This document shows positions 52,256 to 64,000 of a stretch of DNA of 64,000 bases, one piece after another. A model generated the notes under the pieces. It was given only the letters and a program-made list of their open reading frames with translations, searched no databases and was not told where the DNA came from. A program made the position numbers and the translations under genes. This DNA comes from Eledone cirrhosa (taxonomy: Eukaryota). The stretch spans positions 335,916,001 through 335,980,000 of the forward strand of contig OZ024742.1 in NCBI GenBank assembly GCA_964016885.1, in the 5' to 3' direction. How positions within the stretch are numbered: position 1 is the first letter of the stretch; each line of letters starts with the position of its first letter.

Positions 52256-52824
52256 CCAGAGAGAGAAAGAGAAAGAGAGGGAGAGTGAAAGAGAGAGAGA
52301 GAGAGAGAGCGAGAGGAGAATGCTGGCGCTGGTTGATGTGCAGTGTAGGTGAGGGTGGGGTTAGTAGTGTGGTATGTGTAAGTGATGGTGTGAAGTGGAT
52401 GTGTTTAAAAGTTTCTTTATACCATTTGGCTGAATGTCCCAGCTGTTCGTTCATTGGTGCAAAACATTAAAAACAAAATAAAAAACCTGATTGTTATCGT
52501 TGTTGGCCACTTTTCAAAAGATTTAGAGTGGTGGATCGGCAGAATTGGTAGAGCGTCGGACAAAATGCCAATGTGGCATTTGTTCTGGGTTCAAATCCCA
52601 CCTAGGTTAATATTGCTTTTCATTCGAGTCGCTAAAATAAAGTACTTGGGTTAGTTTAATCAAAAGTTTACCCTTCTCCCAAATTTGCTGGCCTTGCATT
52701 TCAATTAAAAATTCAAATGATATGCGTTCTATCTATTGAGATGGAATATATATATATATATAAATATATATATATTTATATACGGTATTAAATAAATGGA
52801 AACTATATTTATAAAACCATATTT

Positions 52825-52888
52825 ATTTCATTATATATATTTCAGGGATATCATATTAAAAATATGTTATGCCTTCTTCAGACAAAAT
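52825..52888 (-). ncRNA. Type I hammerhead motif, relative of 51832
   Basis: AUUUUGU-CUGAAGA-AGGcAUAaCAUAUU..AAUAUGaUAUcCCU-GAAAUAUAUAUA^AUGAAAU. Confidence 0.68.
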
Positions 52889-52976
52889 ACAATACGTAGT
52901 CTCCTGCTTTCGTCAAACATTATAGAAGCTGGATCTTATAGAATTCCAGTAATAATTAGGAGCTGAGACACCAATC

Positions 52977-53044
<68 letters not shown>

Positions 53045-55404
53045 TTAACACAAATCAATATATTTGATAAACACAAATATCCTCATATTTATGTTTGTAT
53101 TATAAATGACCAAGTTAGCTAGATAGAAATATACTAATAATACTATTACAGTTTGCCTATCATGACTTAAGATAATACATCATAAATCAACAAAAACAAA
53201 TTGTACTGGCAATGGCCGTAGTGCTTGGACAAATTTAAATTTCAAAATCAAACCTGTTCCGTGGACAGGTTTAAACCTTAAAATCCAAATATGTTTCGAA
53301 TAATGAAAAAGTGGAAGAAAATACCGCATTTTGATCTCCTCAGCAAGCACTATAAAAATTGGTATGTTCCACTTCAAAGTATTTAGGAAGACTGTTTAGC
53401 GCACGAGGTAACGTCATGCGGTTATCCAGTGTCTAGCTAGCCTCATACTCGTGCTGCTAGAAATAACAGCCGTTTGTATGGGGCTAAAATCAGCTCAACG
53501 AAGGAGCAGTGAAAAATCAATAATAATGAGTTCAAATCTCAGGCGATCATTTACAATGAAATAGCTCAAAGAAAGAAAGAGTATTTCTGAGCCGTGAATA
53601 TATGAATTTATTTTGCAAGGTTTTTGATATGAAATCGTGTGTCGAAACAAATATTGTTATACTTGGGAAGGGCCATATTTATTCTATTATATATATATTA
53701 TTTCAAGGGTACCAAAACTTTGGTACGCTCTCAGCAGATAAAATACAAAGTTTGTTTTATAAATATTGACATATCCAGGAAGAAGATAAGTAAAGGAAAG
53801 AAGGGAAAGAGAAGAAAAGTCAAATATTTCAAATTATTAAGATGAGTATGCAAATGAGGTTGAGATATAGGGCTGAAAAAAACGTTATTTTTAGACGCTA
53901 GGTAGATTTAAATAATTATTAGGATATATGTATGTATAGGAAGGATAACTTGTATTTACGTTAATTTAAAAAGAATTAACAGTTTGAAGGAATGGTGGAA
54001 TATGATTCCAAAATTTAAAAAATTATTTAGCTATATTATGAGTTATAATATTGTATATATAATCAATTAGATTATATGAAGAATTATGGTTGTAAGTACA
54101 TTTTATCTTATATTGCAACAGGTTGTAAGTATACAAATATCTATATAGATTAATAATTGTGCAAGTATAAGTATTATTAGTGATTTTATAGAAATAAACC
54201 ACAAGTATTAATTCTTTACATTTCTCATATGAGTTACGAAGGGTGTTAATTTTACATTTTACATTTAAAAATTTAAGAAAAAGACGTAGTTCAAGTTGTA
54301 AGAGAACATTTGTAGATTCAAATATTTTGTTCCAACATTGAAAATGTTTTCAGAATATTGTTAATTTAGCAAAATTATATAATTTATCATACAAGTTATC
54401 ATGTCTATATATATATATATATGACTGATGTTGCATATTGAATCATATACGAAATGATGTTCATGTAAATAAATAAGTTTCTAGCCTCGTTATGAATTTT
54501 AAAAGTTCTGTATGCAAATGCGCTTCGTCAGCTGATGTTCATAAACATAAAAACTATAAATGTTTAGCTTATAGTTGTAGATGGCTGAGCATTTCATAGA
54601 CACGTGTACCCGTAACGTAATTCTGAGGGAGATTCAGTATGACATAGTGTGTGATTAGGTTGCCCCTTTCAATCACAGGTAAATCTATCCGATGGACTTT
54701 CGAACAGATACCGTCTACCCAGTTTTACTCCCAAAGCTTGGCTCCACACGTTGCTATGATACATGACACTTACGAAAGAAGCCACGCAGTAGGATTGAAC
54801 TCGGAACCTAGTGATTGCGAAGAGAACTTCTTAACCATTTCAACATATTCGAACATGCTGCATCTCTCTCTCTTTCTCTCTTTATATATATGTGTGTGTA
54901 TGTGCGTGTGCATGTGTGTAGAAGTACACGCACACACACACACAGACACACACACACATATATATATATAGAGAGAGAGAAAGGTGAAGGCGCGTGATTG
55001 AGTGGTTAGAGAATTCAATTCGCAATCATGAGGATGTGAGTTCGATTCCTGGACCGGGCGATGCGTTATGTCCTTGAGCAAGACACTTTACTTCATGTTG
55101 CTCTTTCTACCTGGAGTTGCGAGCGATAGATAGCATTAGCAATTGGAAAGACCAACAGAAACATTGTTTCCTCGGTCCGATTTGACGAAAGTCGATCGAC
55201 TGTCGGAATATATATATAATATATATATAGAGAGAGAGAATTATTAACGAAGATCGTTGAGATTATGTCAAAGGTCCCCAGTCAATGTCTAGTTCACTCA
55301 ATGACTCTGCCAAATTGCAGTAATGCAACTGCAACTAGCTGTTTAGAGTGCACACATTTTACTTAATAGCAGGTACGGTAGGTGCATGTATGTGTGTGTG
55401 TATG

Positions 55405-55471
<67 letters not shown>

Positions 55472-55756
55472 AGCAAAACAGCTTTTCTGTGAAGTATGCT
55501 ATACTATTGGTACAGCTGTGTTCAAGTTTAATCCATTTTATTAAGGATTTCTTTTTATATATCCTTATTAGTCAGTTGTGCAAACAACAAGCCATTACAA
55601 CTACCGTTTTCTGCTGAGAATGAGCTCAAGAAATTCCTGGAACATAAATAGATTAACGTGTTTCGCAATAAACTGAAAAAGGCTTACAAGTAAATATGTG
55701 AAATCCTAGAATAAAAAGATTAAAATTAAGCTTTAATATAACGCATACACACGCAC

Positions 55757-55817
<61 letters not shown>

Positions 55818-56074
55818 ATGTATGTATGTATGTATGTATGTATGTATGTATGTATGTATGTATGTATGTATGTATGTATGTATGCACCTTTTGGTAGGCT
55901 TGATACGCTTGATTCAAAGATCAAGTGGAACAGTCTTTAAATAAAGCTTGATGTGTAATGTGCCATTATGTGGAATCTCTAATTCATCAGCAAAGTATAA
56001 ATATCAATTTTCTTTATTATTGCACACATTATGATAGTAGTTTCATTGTTGAAATACTGTAAAAAATACACCAG

Positions 56075-56184
<110 letters not shown>

Positions 56185-56306
56185 CTATAGTAATGCAGTT
56201 CCCTATACACCAGATGATCGCTCCGATATTGATCTTTGAATCAAGCATATCAAGCCTACCAAAAGGTCCATACATACATACATACATACATACATACATA
56301 CATACA

Positions 56307-56337
<31 letters not shown>

Positions 56338-56338
<1 letters not shown>

Positions 56339-56528
56339 CATGTATAACTGAACTTGGATTTGCGGACAAAGAGCGCAGCTCCTTAATTCATAGTCTACAA
56401 ATGGCTGCGATAGCTGGCACCTTCAAAATTTGCAAAACATTCTTGCGATTCAAGGGATGACAATTTCTTTTCTTATACAACCTTGCCACCAGGAAGGTGG
56501 CCGCTCAAAAATATACTCGAAACTAAGA
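56338..56528 (+). mobile_element. Very short R4/Dong-type 3' fragment in (CATA)n (second copy at 56999-57207)
   Basis: ELGFADKERSSLI..LQMAAIAGTFKICKTF resembles the C-terminus of the 57304 ORF; CATA repeats on both sides. Confidence 0.75.
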
Positions 56529-56567
56529 CATACATACATACATACATACATACATACATACATACAT

Positions 56568-56760
56568 GGTGGCTGCCAACTCGTTTTCGAGTACGGCCAC
56601 TACTTTATATCCATGTAGGAAAACCTCTACCGATGCGCTGAACGAGTGACATTTTAGTCCAGCCAGCGACTTGAAAACTCTGGTACAAACACTACACCTG
56701 TGACAATTATTGACACATAGAGCTGGGCCCATGGTACCATGTAACGACAAGTGCAGAGAG
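56568..56760 (-). mobile_element. RTE 3' end with C2H2 remnant and (ATGT)n tail
   Basis: CSVCTRVFKSLAGLKCH is similar to the last finger of the RTE at 6615. Confidence 0.6.
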
Positions 56761-57296
56761 ATCTCCAGATATAAAGCAATGCCTGTGCCGTGAAGCTTTT
56801 ATAGTGAGCAAAGGCACTGCACAAAGCCAGTCCCACTCTCTTGACCAAGATGATATTTACCAAAAAGAAGAACAAGTCAACATCATTGGATACCATCAGG
56901 GTTGCAGGTGTTATATCAGAGTTTTCCTTCTCCTACATACATACATACATACATACATACATACATACATACATACATACATACATACATACATGCATAT
57001 ACATGTATAACTGAACTTGGATTTGCGGACAAAGAGCGCAGCTCGCTAATTCTTGGTCTACAAATGGCTGCGATAGCTGGCATCTTCAAAATTTGCAAAA
57101 CATTCATGCGATTCAAGGGATGACAATGTTCTTCTTTTCTTTTACAACCTTGCCACCAGGAAGGTGGCCGGTCAAAAATATACTCGAAATTAAGAGAAAG
57201 AGAGAACATACATACATACATACATACATACATACATACATACATACATACATACATACATACATACATACATACATACATACATACATACATACA

Positions 57297-58955
57297 TTCA
57301 CCGATGTCTGATGAGGACTGCTACAGATACCTGGGGATAGATGAGAACATATCCTATAATGGTATCTGTAATAAAGAACGCGTAACCAGGGAATACTACC
57401 CCCGATTAAGAAAGATCTGGTCATCGGAACTCTCTGCGCAAAACAAAACAGTGGCTCACAATGTGTTTGCTGTGCCTGTCCTAACACCAACGTTTGGAAT
57501 ACTCAATTGGACAATAGACGAAATCCGAGCAGTTGATATTGGAACTCGAAAAATACTGAATAACACCGAAAACTTCCACATCAACAGTGACATAGACCGC
57601 CTTTACTTGAAACGTAAGCAGGGAGGCAGAGGCCTAACATCAGGCCAGACAACATTTGAATGTCGCATCATATCTTTCCGACAACATCTACGAATCTCGA
57701 AGCGTAGGAGCCCGCTTCTCGAGAAAGTCTATCTGCATGAAACAGATAAGATCATGAGAGTTGGGAAGGAACTCCTTGAGAGATATTCCTTGTGTGATAA
57801 TCAAAAACTCATACCCAGGGATGTCGCTCAGCAGTATCGCAGTGAATCCATGGATGAAAAACTACATGCCTATCAGCAAAAAATCATGCATGGATATGTT
57901 GCCAGGAAGCTCCAGAGTGAGAGTAATATAGATAAAGAAAGTAGTCTATCTTGGACCAAGAACCGCTATATTTGCTCCCACTTTGAAGGATACGCTTTTG
58001 CAATCCAAGAACAGGAGATTAGCACGAAATACCTGATTCACAAAAGAGATAGGGATGCAGACAAAACACCTAGATGTGATAACAAGTGCAGACTCTGGAG
58101 AACTAACATCGAGGATATCATCCATGTCATCAGCAGCTGCCCAAAGATGTCATCGCGGTACTATCTACCTATGAGGCATGATGTAGTGGCCAAAACACTG
58201 TACAATGCAGTTCGTAAAAAAGATAGCCCCGATAATAAACACATTAAAAGCTACAACAATGTGGAAGACATCCATGTACATAATATGAAAGAGTACTGGT
58301 GGAATGTTCCAGTAAAAACCCCAATAAACTGCAGGCATAACAGACCAGATATTATGATATGGGACAGGGAGAACAAAACATGCACAGTAGTGGAAATTAG
58401 CTACCCAGCAGATGCCAATATAATATCAAAGATTAGTGAAAAGGAGAATATTTATGCAGAACTGATGAGAAATCTGCAGATACTCCACCCTGATTACACC
58501 TTCAGATTTATGCCTGTGATTATTGGAGCACTGGGATATGTTAGTAACTGCCTCAATACACATCTTGAGAAGCTAGGCTTCACAGGAACAGAAAGAAGAC
58601 AACTAGTTAGGAAACTACAAGTACAATCCATTAATGGAACAGTAAAAATATGTAAAACATTCCAAACATTTTGCATCTAATAACTGCATATACACATGTA
58701 CAGATACAAAGCATATACACATGCACACATAAAACTCAAAACATCCACATCCACACATACAATAACATCCATATCTACACATGCATGCATACATACATAT
58801 CTACCTAGTTGATGTGTAAATTCCAATGAGAGAGTCTTGTGTCTATGTTAGAAACCGACTCTCTCTCTCTCTATTGGTAAAACTTTGTGAAATTCTAAAA
58901 CCAGAAGAACATACATACAAACATACATACATACATACACACATACATACATACA
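57297..58955 (+). mobile_element. 5'-truncated R4/Dong-clade LINE in (CATA)n; open 458-aa ORF 57304..58680
   Basis: YRYLGI, RLYLKRKQGGRGL, AIQEQ, CRLW..H..SSC, RHD, HNRPDI..VEIS, PVIIGALG; CATA repeats at 57208-57296 and 58910-58956. Confidence 0.92.
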
Positions 58956-59165
58956 TAAATATAAAGAGAGAGAACTAGATAGATTTATATGTATATATAT
59001 ATATATATATATATTTGACTTTTTTTTGTTTTTATAGTACTGGCCCATAGGATCAGATACTCCAGTGAAAGAATATGCTCCGAAATCATTAGACGTGTTC
59101 GTTGAACCTGCGGGTCCAGAATCAGACTGATCCACACAATGATCGCGTCTCGAGCTGTCCGCCGG

Positions 59166-59208
<43 letters not shown>

Positions 59209-59213
<5 letters not shown>

Positions 59214-59744
59214 AAGGTATATATTGAGTTAGGAACTCAAAATAGTCTCTTACAATAGAATAGCTCTAAGAAAGAGATTTTTCCGAGCCATATATTATAA
59301 TAGAATATAAAAGAAAGACGAACACAGACATATACATATATGTGTTCAAATCGCAAGGGACCAGATTCGCTAAGGTGAAAAGAATACTAACTATAGACAA
59401 TAGGGTTTGCCAGACTGAATTTAAATAGATCAAGTAAATAAATACAAACCGGAATTGTGGTAACTACCAATCACCCAGACAGCTTGGTGCTGTTTCGCAA
59501 TACTAATTAACTGTGAATAGAAATACCAATTATTGCTCATCAGTGGGTGAGAAATTAGTATCCTAGACATTTCTTAGTATATTACGACACTGAATAATGT
59601 GCGTATATATAACAACACACATGGTATCTTAGCGTGTCTCACAAACTTACACCACTAAAAATAGCAGCCAGGTTTATTCGACATTTGAATTAGCTCAACA
59701 AATTAACGGAGCCGAATATATCAAAGGTATATATTGAGTTAGGA
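59209..59744 (-). mobile_element. Retrozyme-like 510-bp non-coding unit with a short terminal direct repeat
   Basis: TCAAAGGTATATATTGAGTTAGGA at 59211 and 59721; central HHR; (TA)n flanks. Confidence 0.75.
59471..59550 (-). ncRNA. Canonical type I hammerhead ribozyme
   Basis: UCACCCA-CUGAUGA-GCAAUA...UAUUGC-GAAACAGC-accaa-GCUGUC^UGGGUGA. Confidence 0.92.
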
Positions 59745-59794
<50 letters not shown>

Positions 59795-60028
59795 ATGCAG
59801 TTCCCTGTGATCGCTCCGATATTGTCTGGTGTATTTGTTACAGTATTTATATATACAGTATTTATATATATAGGAAAAGGTTCAGGACCCCGCCGGCAGA
59901 GCTCAAGCCGTTTCCACGGCTATTGCCGTCGTGGTCCTGAACCTTTTCCTATTACGCACTCTACTACCCAAAGTATCGAGTACTCTGGTGCGTAATGGTC
60001 CACCCGGTTCCTAACCACACTTCCTTCG

Positions 60029-60097
<69 letters not shown>

Positions 60098-60108
60098 TAT
60101 ATATATAT

Positions 60109-60157
<49 letters not shown>

Positions 60158-60642
60158 TTATTATTTCGGGAGCGGTTCGGACATGCTTTCCAGCGTAGTC
60201 ACGTCCCTTTACGATCTGAGTTCAAATCCTGCCGAGGTTAACTTTGCCTTTCATCCTTACGGGGTCGATAAAATAAAGTACCAGTAATGTACTGGTTAAT
60301 TGCTGGCCTTGTGCCAAATGTAGAAAAAATTATTTGAGTAAGTTGTGGTTACAAGTGGCGACGCTGGTCGAAGCACTCGATGATATTACTGGGTCCGTCT
60401 CTCGTTGGGTTGTGCCCCAGTTTTAAGGCGGCTGAAGCTTGCAAAGTTTATATATAGTGATAATAAGAATTTCAGCTTTTTGTAAACTTTATTACATATT
60501 ACACTTGTTTCTCCAAACTCTCATATGTGAAGAAGTGTTGATTAAGAGTCAGGATCGGATCGCATGATCAAACCCAAGCTGATCGATGCAGAAACAATTG
60601 TAATATAAAATAAGTTTTAAAAAGGCTGCAATTCATATTCTC

Positions 60643-60729
<87 letters not shown>

Positions 60730-60780
60730 TATAAGGATAAGGAACAAGGATTCAGTGTTCCATCATAACATATTTAATAA

Positions 60781-60863
60781 CATATTACATATGTTTCTCT
60801 ATCGATCAGCTCGAGGCAAAATCTATTACAGATCGACCTGTAATTGAAAGGTCGTCAGATATG
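60781..60863 (-). ncRNA. Type I hammerhead motif with palindromic stem III
   Basis: CAUAU-CUGACGA-(about 54 nt, includes hairpin UUACAGG/UCUGUAA)-GAAAC-AUAU-GUA^AUAUG. Confidence 0.6.
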
Positions 60864-60893
60864 CTTAGTTCGTCTCCGATTCAAATATATATA

Positions 60894-61352
60894 CTAGCAG
60901 AGGTACCCGGCGTTTCTCGGATATTAAATAGCAGTTGTGTATACCATTTATGTTAATACTTCAGTGCTGCTTCGAAAACTATACTTTTACAAAATCATCC
61001 GCTTTTTTCAAAAGGGGGTTCCTGTCCCCAGGGGTCGCCTACCCAATATGTGCCAATTCTGAGAGTTCACATTCATCTGTAGGACAAAGGTAGCCCATGT
61101 GTCAAATTTTGTGAAAATCGGTTGCGAACTCCAGAAGTTATGACGTTTTGTTGCATTGCACTGCAGTGCTTCCGTCGACTCCAAGGAAGTTGTTAAAGTG
61201 GTTAAAGGGGTTATCTGTCGGGAGACCCTATAATCAATATCTGGAAAAATGACAGTGTCCATGACCATCCGGAGTACATAAGTAACCTATGTCTTAAGTT
61301 TGGTGAAAATACTGTAGAAATGCATAAGGTTTATAGATACACGCGTGCGTTC

Positions 61353-61384
<32 letters not shown>

Positions 61385-61395
61385 GTGTGTGTGCG

Positions 61396-61435
<40 letters not shown>

Positions 61436-61775
61436 TGTGTATGTATTTGTGTGTACGTATGTATGTGTATGTCCGTCGGGGCATACGTATGTACTGGCCT
61501 AAATCTTCACTATTTACTTTTACTATTTTAATAACCTCTGTCACTTTCGTTTTCAATTTTATTTACATCATTCTTAAACTCCGGCGCTGGAAATCATTCT
61601 GTTATTTTAAATTGAATATTAGTCTAACGACTCCATTTATACCATAAACTTGGTCTTGTCTTTGCATGAAATTGTTCTTCACGCTCCACATAACGATGTA
61701 TTATCCTCGCATTTTTTCCGTTCATTGCGAGGAAACGTCTTCACGAACCAAAATATCGTCTTCCTGTTTTCTTCG
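60894..61775 (-). mobile_element. Non-autonomous Helitron 3' part (sister of 30622-32343)
   Basis: Hairpin CCGAGAAACGCCGG + CTAG terminus; colinear with 31425-32343 but lacks the SINE. Confidence 0.78.
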
Positions 61776-61938
61776 CAATTTAAGGGTTTTATTTCTTTTG
61801 ATGAAAAACAGTGACCATTTTCGGTTTGGCATTTCGTAAAATGGTACTGCAGAATTGATTGCCCTGGTCAGCAAGAGGGGCCTCTATATATTAGATGTTT
61901 ATTAGAAGAGGGGAAAATAACTAACTCCAGTATTAGAA

Positions 61939-64000
61939 CACCACCAACTTACCTTCTGGGTCCAGGAAGATGGCCCGTATGGCGAGATCCAAACCTCTCC
62001 GAAAAAGCACAGCAACTCCTCCCCCCGATCCCGGACGGCTGGGAGATGCGTACACATCGTAGCCGCCGAAGATCGGTGCGAAGGCCCGTGCTTCGGAGAT
62101 TCTGGTCTCGCTGATGGTCACTACATCTATGTTTAGTGACCTGAGGTCGTTGAGCAGGTGGCCCTGCTTCCATGACTACCCCAAGCCACGCGCATTTATG
62201 CTGCCTATTCTGAGTGAGGTCATGTTGAAATGGAGTGGAAAAGATGGGAAAGACCACTTACCCTACTTCTCGTAGAGGAAGGACGGTTTCTACATCCTTT
62301 TCACTGCTTGTGGCCTCCTCAGGAAGGATGTCCTTATAAATCCTCCTGGAGAGTGCTTGTCGGAAGTCTCCGATGTCTTTGGGGAATTTTTGTTTTAGTG
62401 TCAGGTACGTTTTCTGTGTGATGCAAGTGATTTGTATGTGTGGAGGTGGTGTGAACTTTTGGGTTGTTGTGTAGTCTTTTTCTGTGATGCTGGTGTTGTG
62501 TTGGATGTAGTGTAATAATTGGTTGTTGTTCAAATTTAATGCTGTGTAGTGTGTATCGTTTTGGTTGTTTTGTTTTGTTTGTGTTTGTTGTGGGTTTGTT
62601 TCTGTTTCGCTTTTTGGTGACTTTTGTGGTGTAGGTGATGGTGGTGTTGGGGTTAATGATGGTGATGTTGTTGGTGTTTGGGGTGATGGAGTTGGTGATG
62701 CTGGTGTGGATGGTGGCATATCTGTCCTAACTTTTTTGTTTGATAGTTTATTTGTTTCCCTCTGTATTTTGTTTTTGGAGGGGGAAGGAAGAGAATTTTT
62801 TCTTTTTTGGTTTCTTTTTTTCTTTTTTCCTGATACCGTTTCCCACTCCTCGTCGTCACAATCTGTCTCCAGTTGTGATAGGCCGGGGAATGGAAAATCC
62901 TCCACAGGCGTTAGTTTTGGTTGTGGCGTGGTGGATGGTGTAGGCGCTGGTGCTAGTTCTGGCGCGTTGGGTGGTGGTGGTGTTGGTTTTGCTACTGTTG
63001 CTGGGGTTGTTGCTGTTACAGTTGCTTCTGTTGTTGCTGCTACAGTTGTTGCTGCCATCTTTGCTGCTGGTGGTGATGATAGTTGAGTCACTGGGGTGGG
63101 TAGCAGAGGTGGCCTCAACCTTTTAGCCTGAGGGCAGAAAGCCCTTAGGTGGGTTCCTTCACCACAAACGACACACCTAGGCCTTCTGCCCTCGACAATT
63201 ACGGTGAGGTGGCTGCCGTCAGTGAGGTCTATTACCTCTGGGATCTCCTCAATGCTTTTTTGGTCCGCTTGGATCAGGAGCTCCATCCCAGATCCGGACC
63301 AGTTCTCCTGCTTTTCTTTCGCTATTTCGATTATCTTGGTGTTGGCTTTGATGCCGGCGAGGACGGCAGCTATTAGCCAGGGAATTTCGATGGCCGGTGG
63401 AACGTGGGTGACCCTGATCTTTACGAGTCTCTCGCCACAATAGCTTGGGACGAGTGTGAAGTCGTCACTTCTTAATGGGGCCATGGAGTATTCTCTAGCC
63501 TCCTGTGGTGTTTCAAAGAACACGTCCACGGATCCATACTTCTGCCCACGTCTGACGTGGGTTTTTTTTGCCCACACATGTCCCAAAGCTTTTTGGATTT
63601 GGGACTCGGATGCCCGTTCCACTCGGCGCGATTTTATATTAATTGTTCGATAAGACACGGTGCATAGGCGCCGATGCTCCATTTTATTAGGTGGGGGGTG
63701 AGGCTGACCCTGTACCCATCTTTCTTTACCATTTTTTTGGCTTCTTCTAATTCCTCCTGAGTTACCTGAAATGCTTCGAACTGTTTTGCTACTCTGGCAA
63801 AACTCAGGGTGGTTTTCTTAATGTCATTGTTGCTGTTGTTGTTATCGTTATTTTTGTTATTATTAATTAGTTTCAGTTGTGGTGGTGGTGGCGTCAGTGG
63901 TGTTCGGTGTGGAAGAGTTCATTTTGGTTGAATTCATTTCGATATCACGAGTTAATTTATTTTTTTCTTTTGTTTCTGTTGTCGCGGTGGTGGTGGGGTG
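61939..64000 (-). mobile_element. Tx1 LINE (copy 3): ORF1 and the first ~285 bp of ORF2, 3' part missing, runs off the window
   Basis: ORF2 start at 62223 is near-identical to 4186-3901; ORF1 lies upstream. Confidence 0.9.
62258..63682 (-). CDS. Tx1 ORF1 (474-aa open part) with knuckle CVVCGEGTHLRAFC
   Basis: Homologous to the other ORF1s; N-terminal N-rich part continues past a break near 63700. Confidence 0.8.
   Translation of the reverse strand: MEHRRLCTVSYRTINIKSRRVERASESQIQKALGHVWAKKTHVRRGQKYGSVDVFFETPQEAREYSMAPLRSDDFTLVPSYCGERLVKIRVTHVPPAIEIPWLIAAVLAGIKANTKIIEIAKEKQENWSGSGMELLIQADQKSIEEIPEVIDLTDGSHLTVIVEGRRPRCVVCGEGTHLRAFCPQAKRLRPPLLPTPVTQLSSPPAAKMAATTVAATTEATVTATTPATVAKPTPPPPNAPELAPAPTPSTTPQPKLTPVEDFPFPGLSQLETDCDDEEWETVSGKKKKRNQKRKNSLPSPSKNKIQRETNKLSNKKVRTDMPPSTPASPTPSPQTPTTSPSLTPTPPSPTPQKSPKSETETNPQQTQTKQNNQNDTHYTALNLNNNQLLHYIQHNTSITEKDYTTTQKFTPPPHIQITCITQKTYLTLKQKFPKDIGDFRQALSRRIYKDILPEEATSSEKDVETVLPLREVG

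Noticed and set aside
53285-53350. Minus-strand CUGAGGA...GAAACAUAU
   Set aside because: Cleavage triplet and stem I partner are absent
54470-54545. Minus-strand CUGACGA...GAAAC
   Set aside because: No convincing stem III or NUH and stem I arrangement

Overview
Eukaryotic, AT-rich DNA saturated with microsatellites and made almost entirely of transposable elements; no host gene is supportable. The SINE and microsatellite style suggests a coleoid cephalopod such as octopus, which is inference only. Contents: three long Tx1/L1-clade LINEs (one with intact ORF1 and ORF2) plus four 5'-truncated copies tied to (TATC)n tracts; R4/Dong-type RLE LINE fragments at (TAA)n and (CATA)n; RTE and CR1 fragments; two near-complete Penelope-like elements (RT + GIY-YIG); Helitron remnants; many tRNA-derived SINEs. 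The main unannotated signal is about 15 hand-folded type I hammerhead ribozyme (HHR) motifs. They lie in Penelope pLTRs and in non-coding retrozyme-like units: a 587-bp tandem array with a U3-A8 core-variant HHR in each unit (32431-34224), and a 510-bp terminally redundant unit with a canonical HHR (59209-59744). All folds were paired by eye; activity and novelty are untested. Most short ORFs in the track are microsatellite or antisense artefacts.
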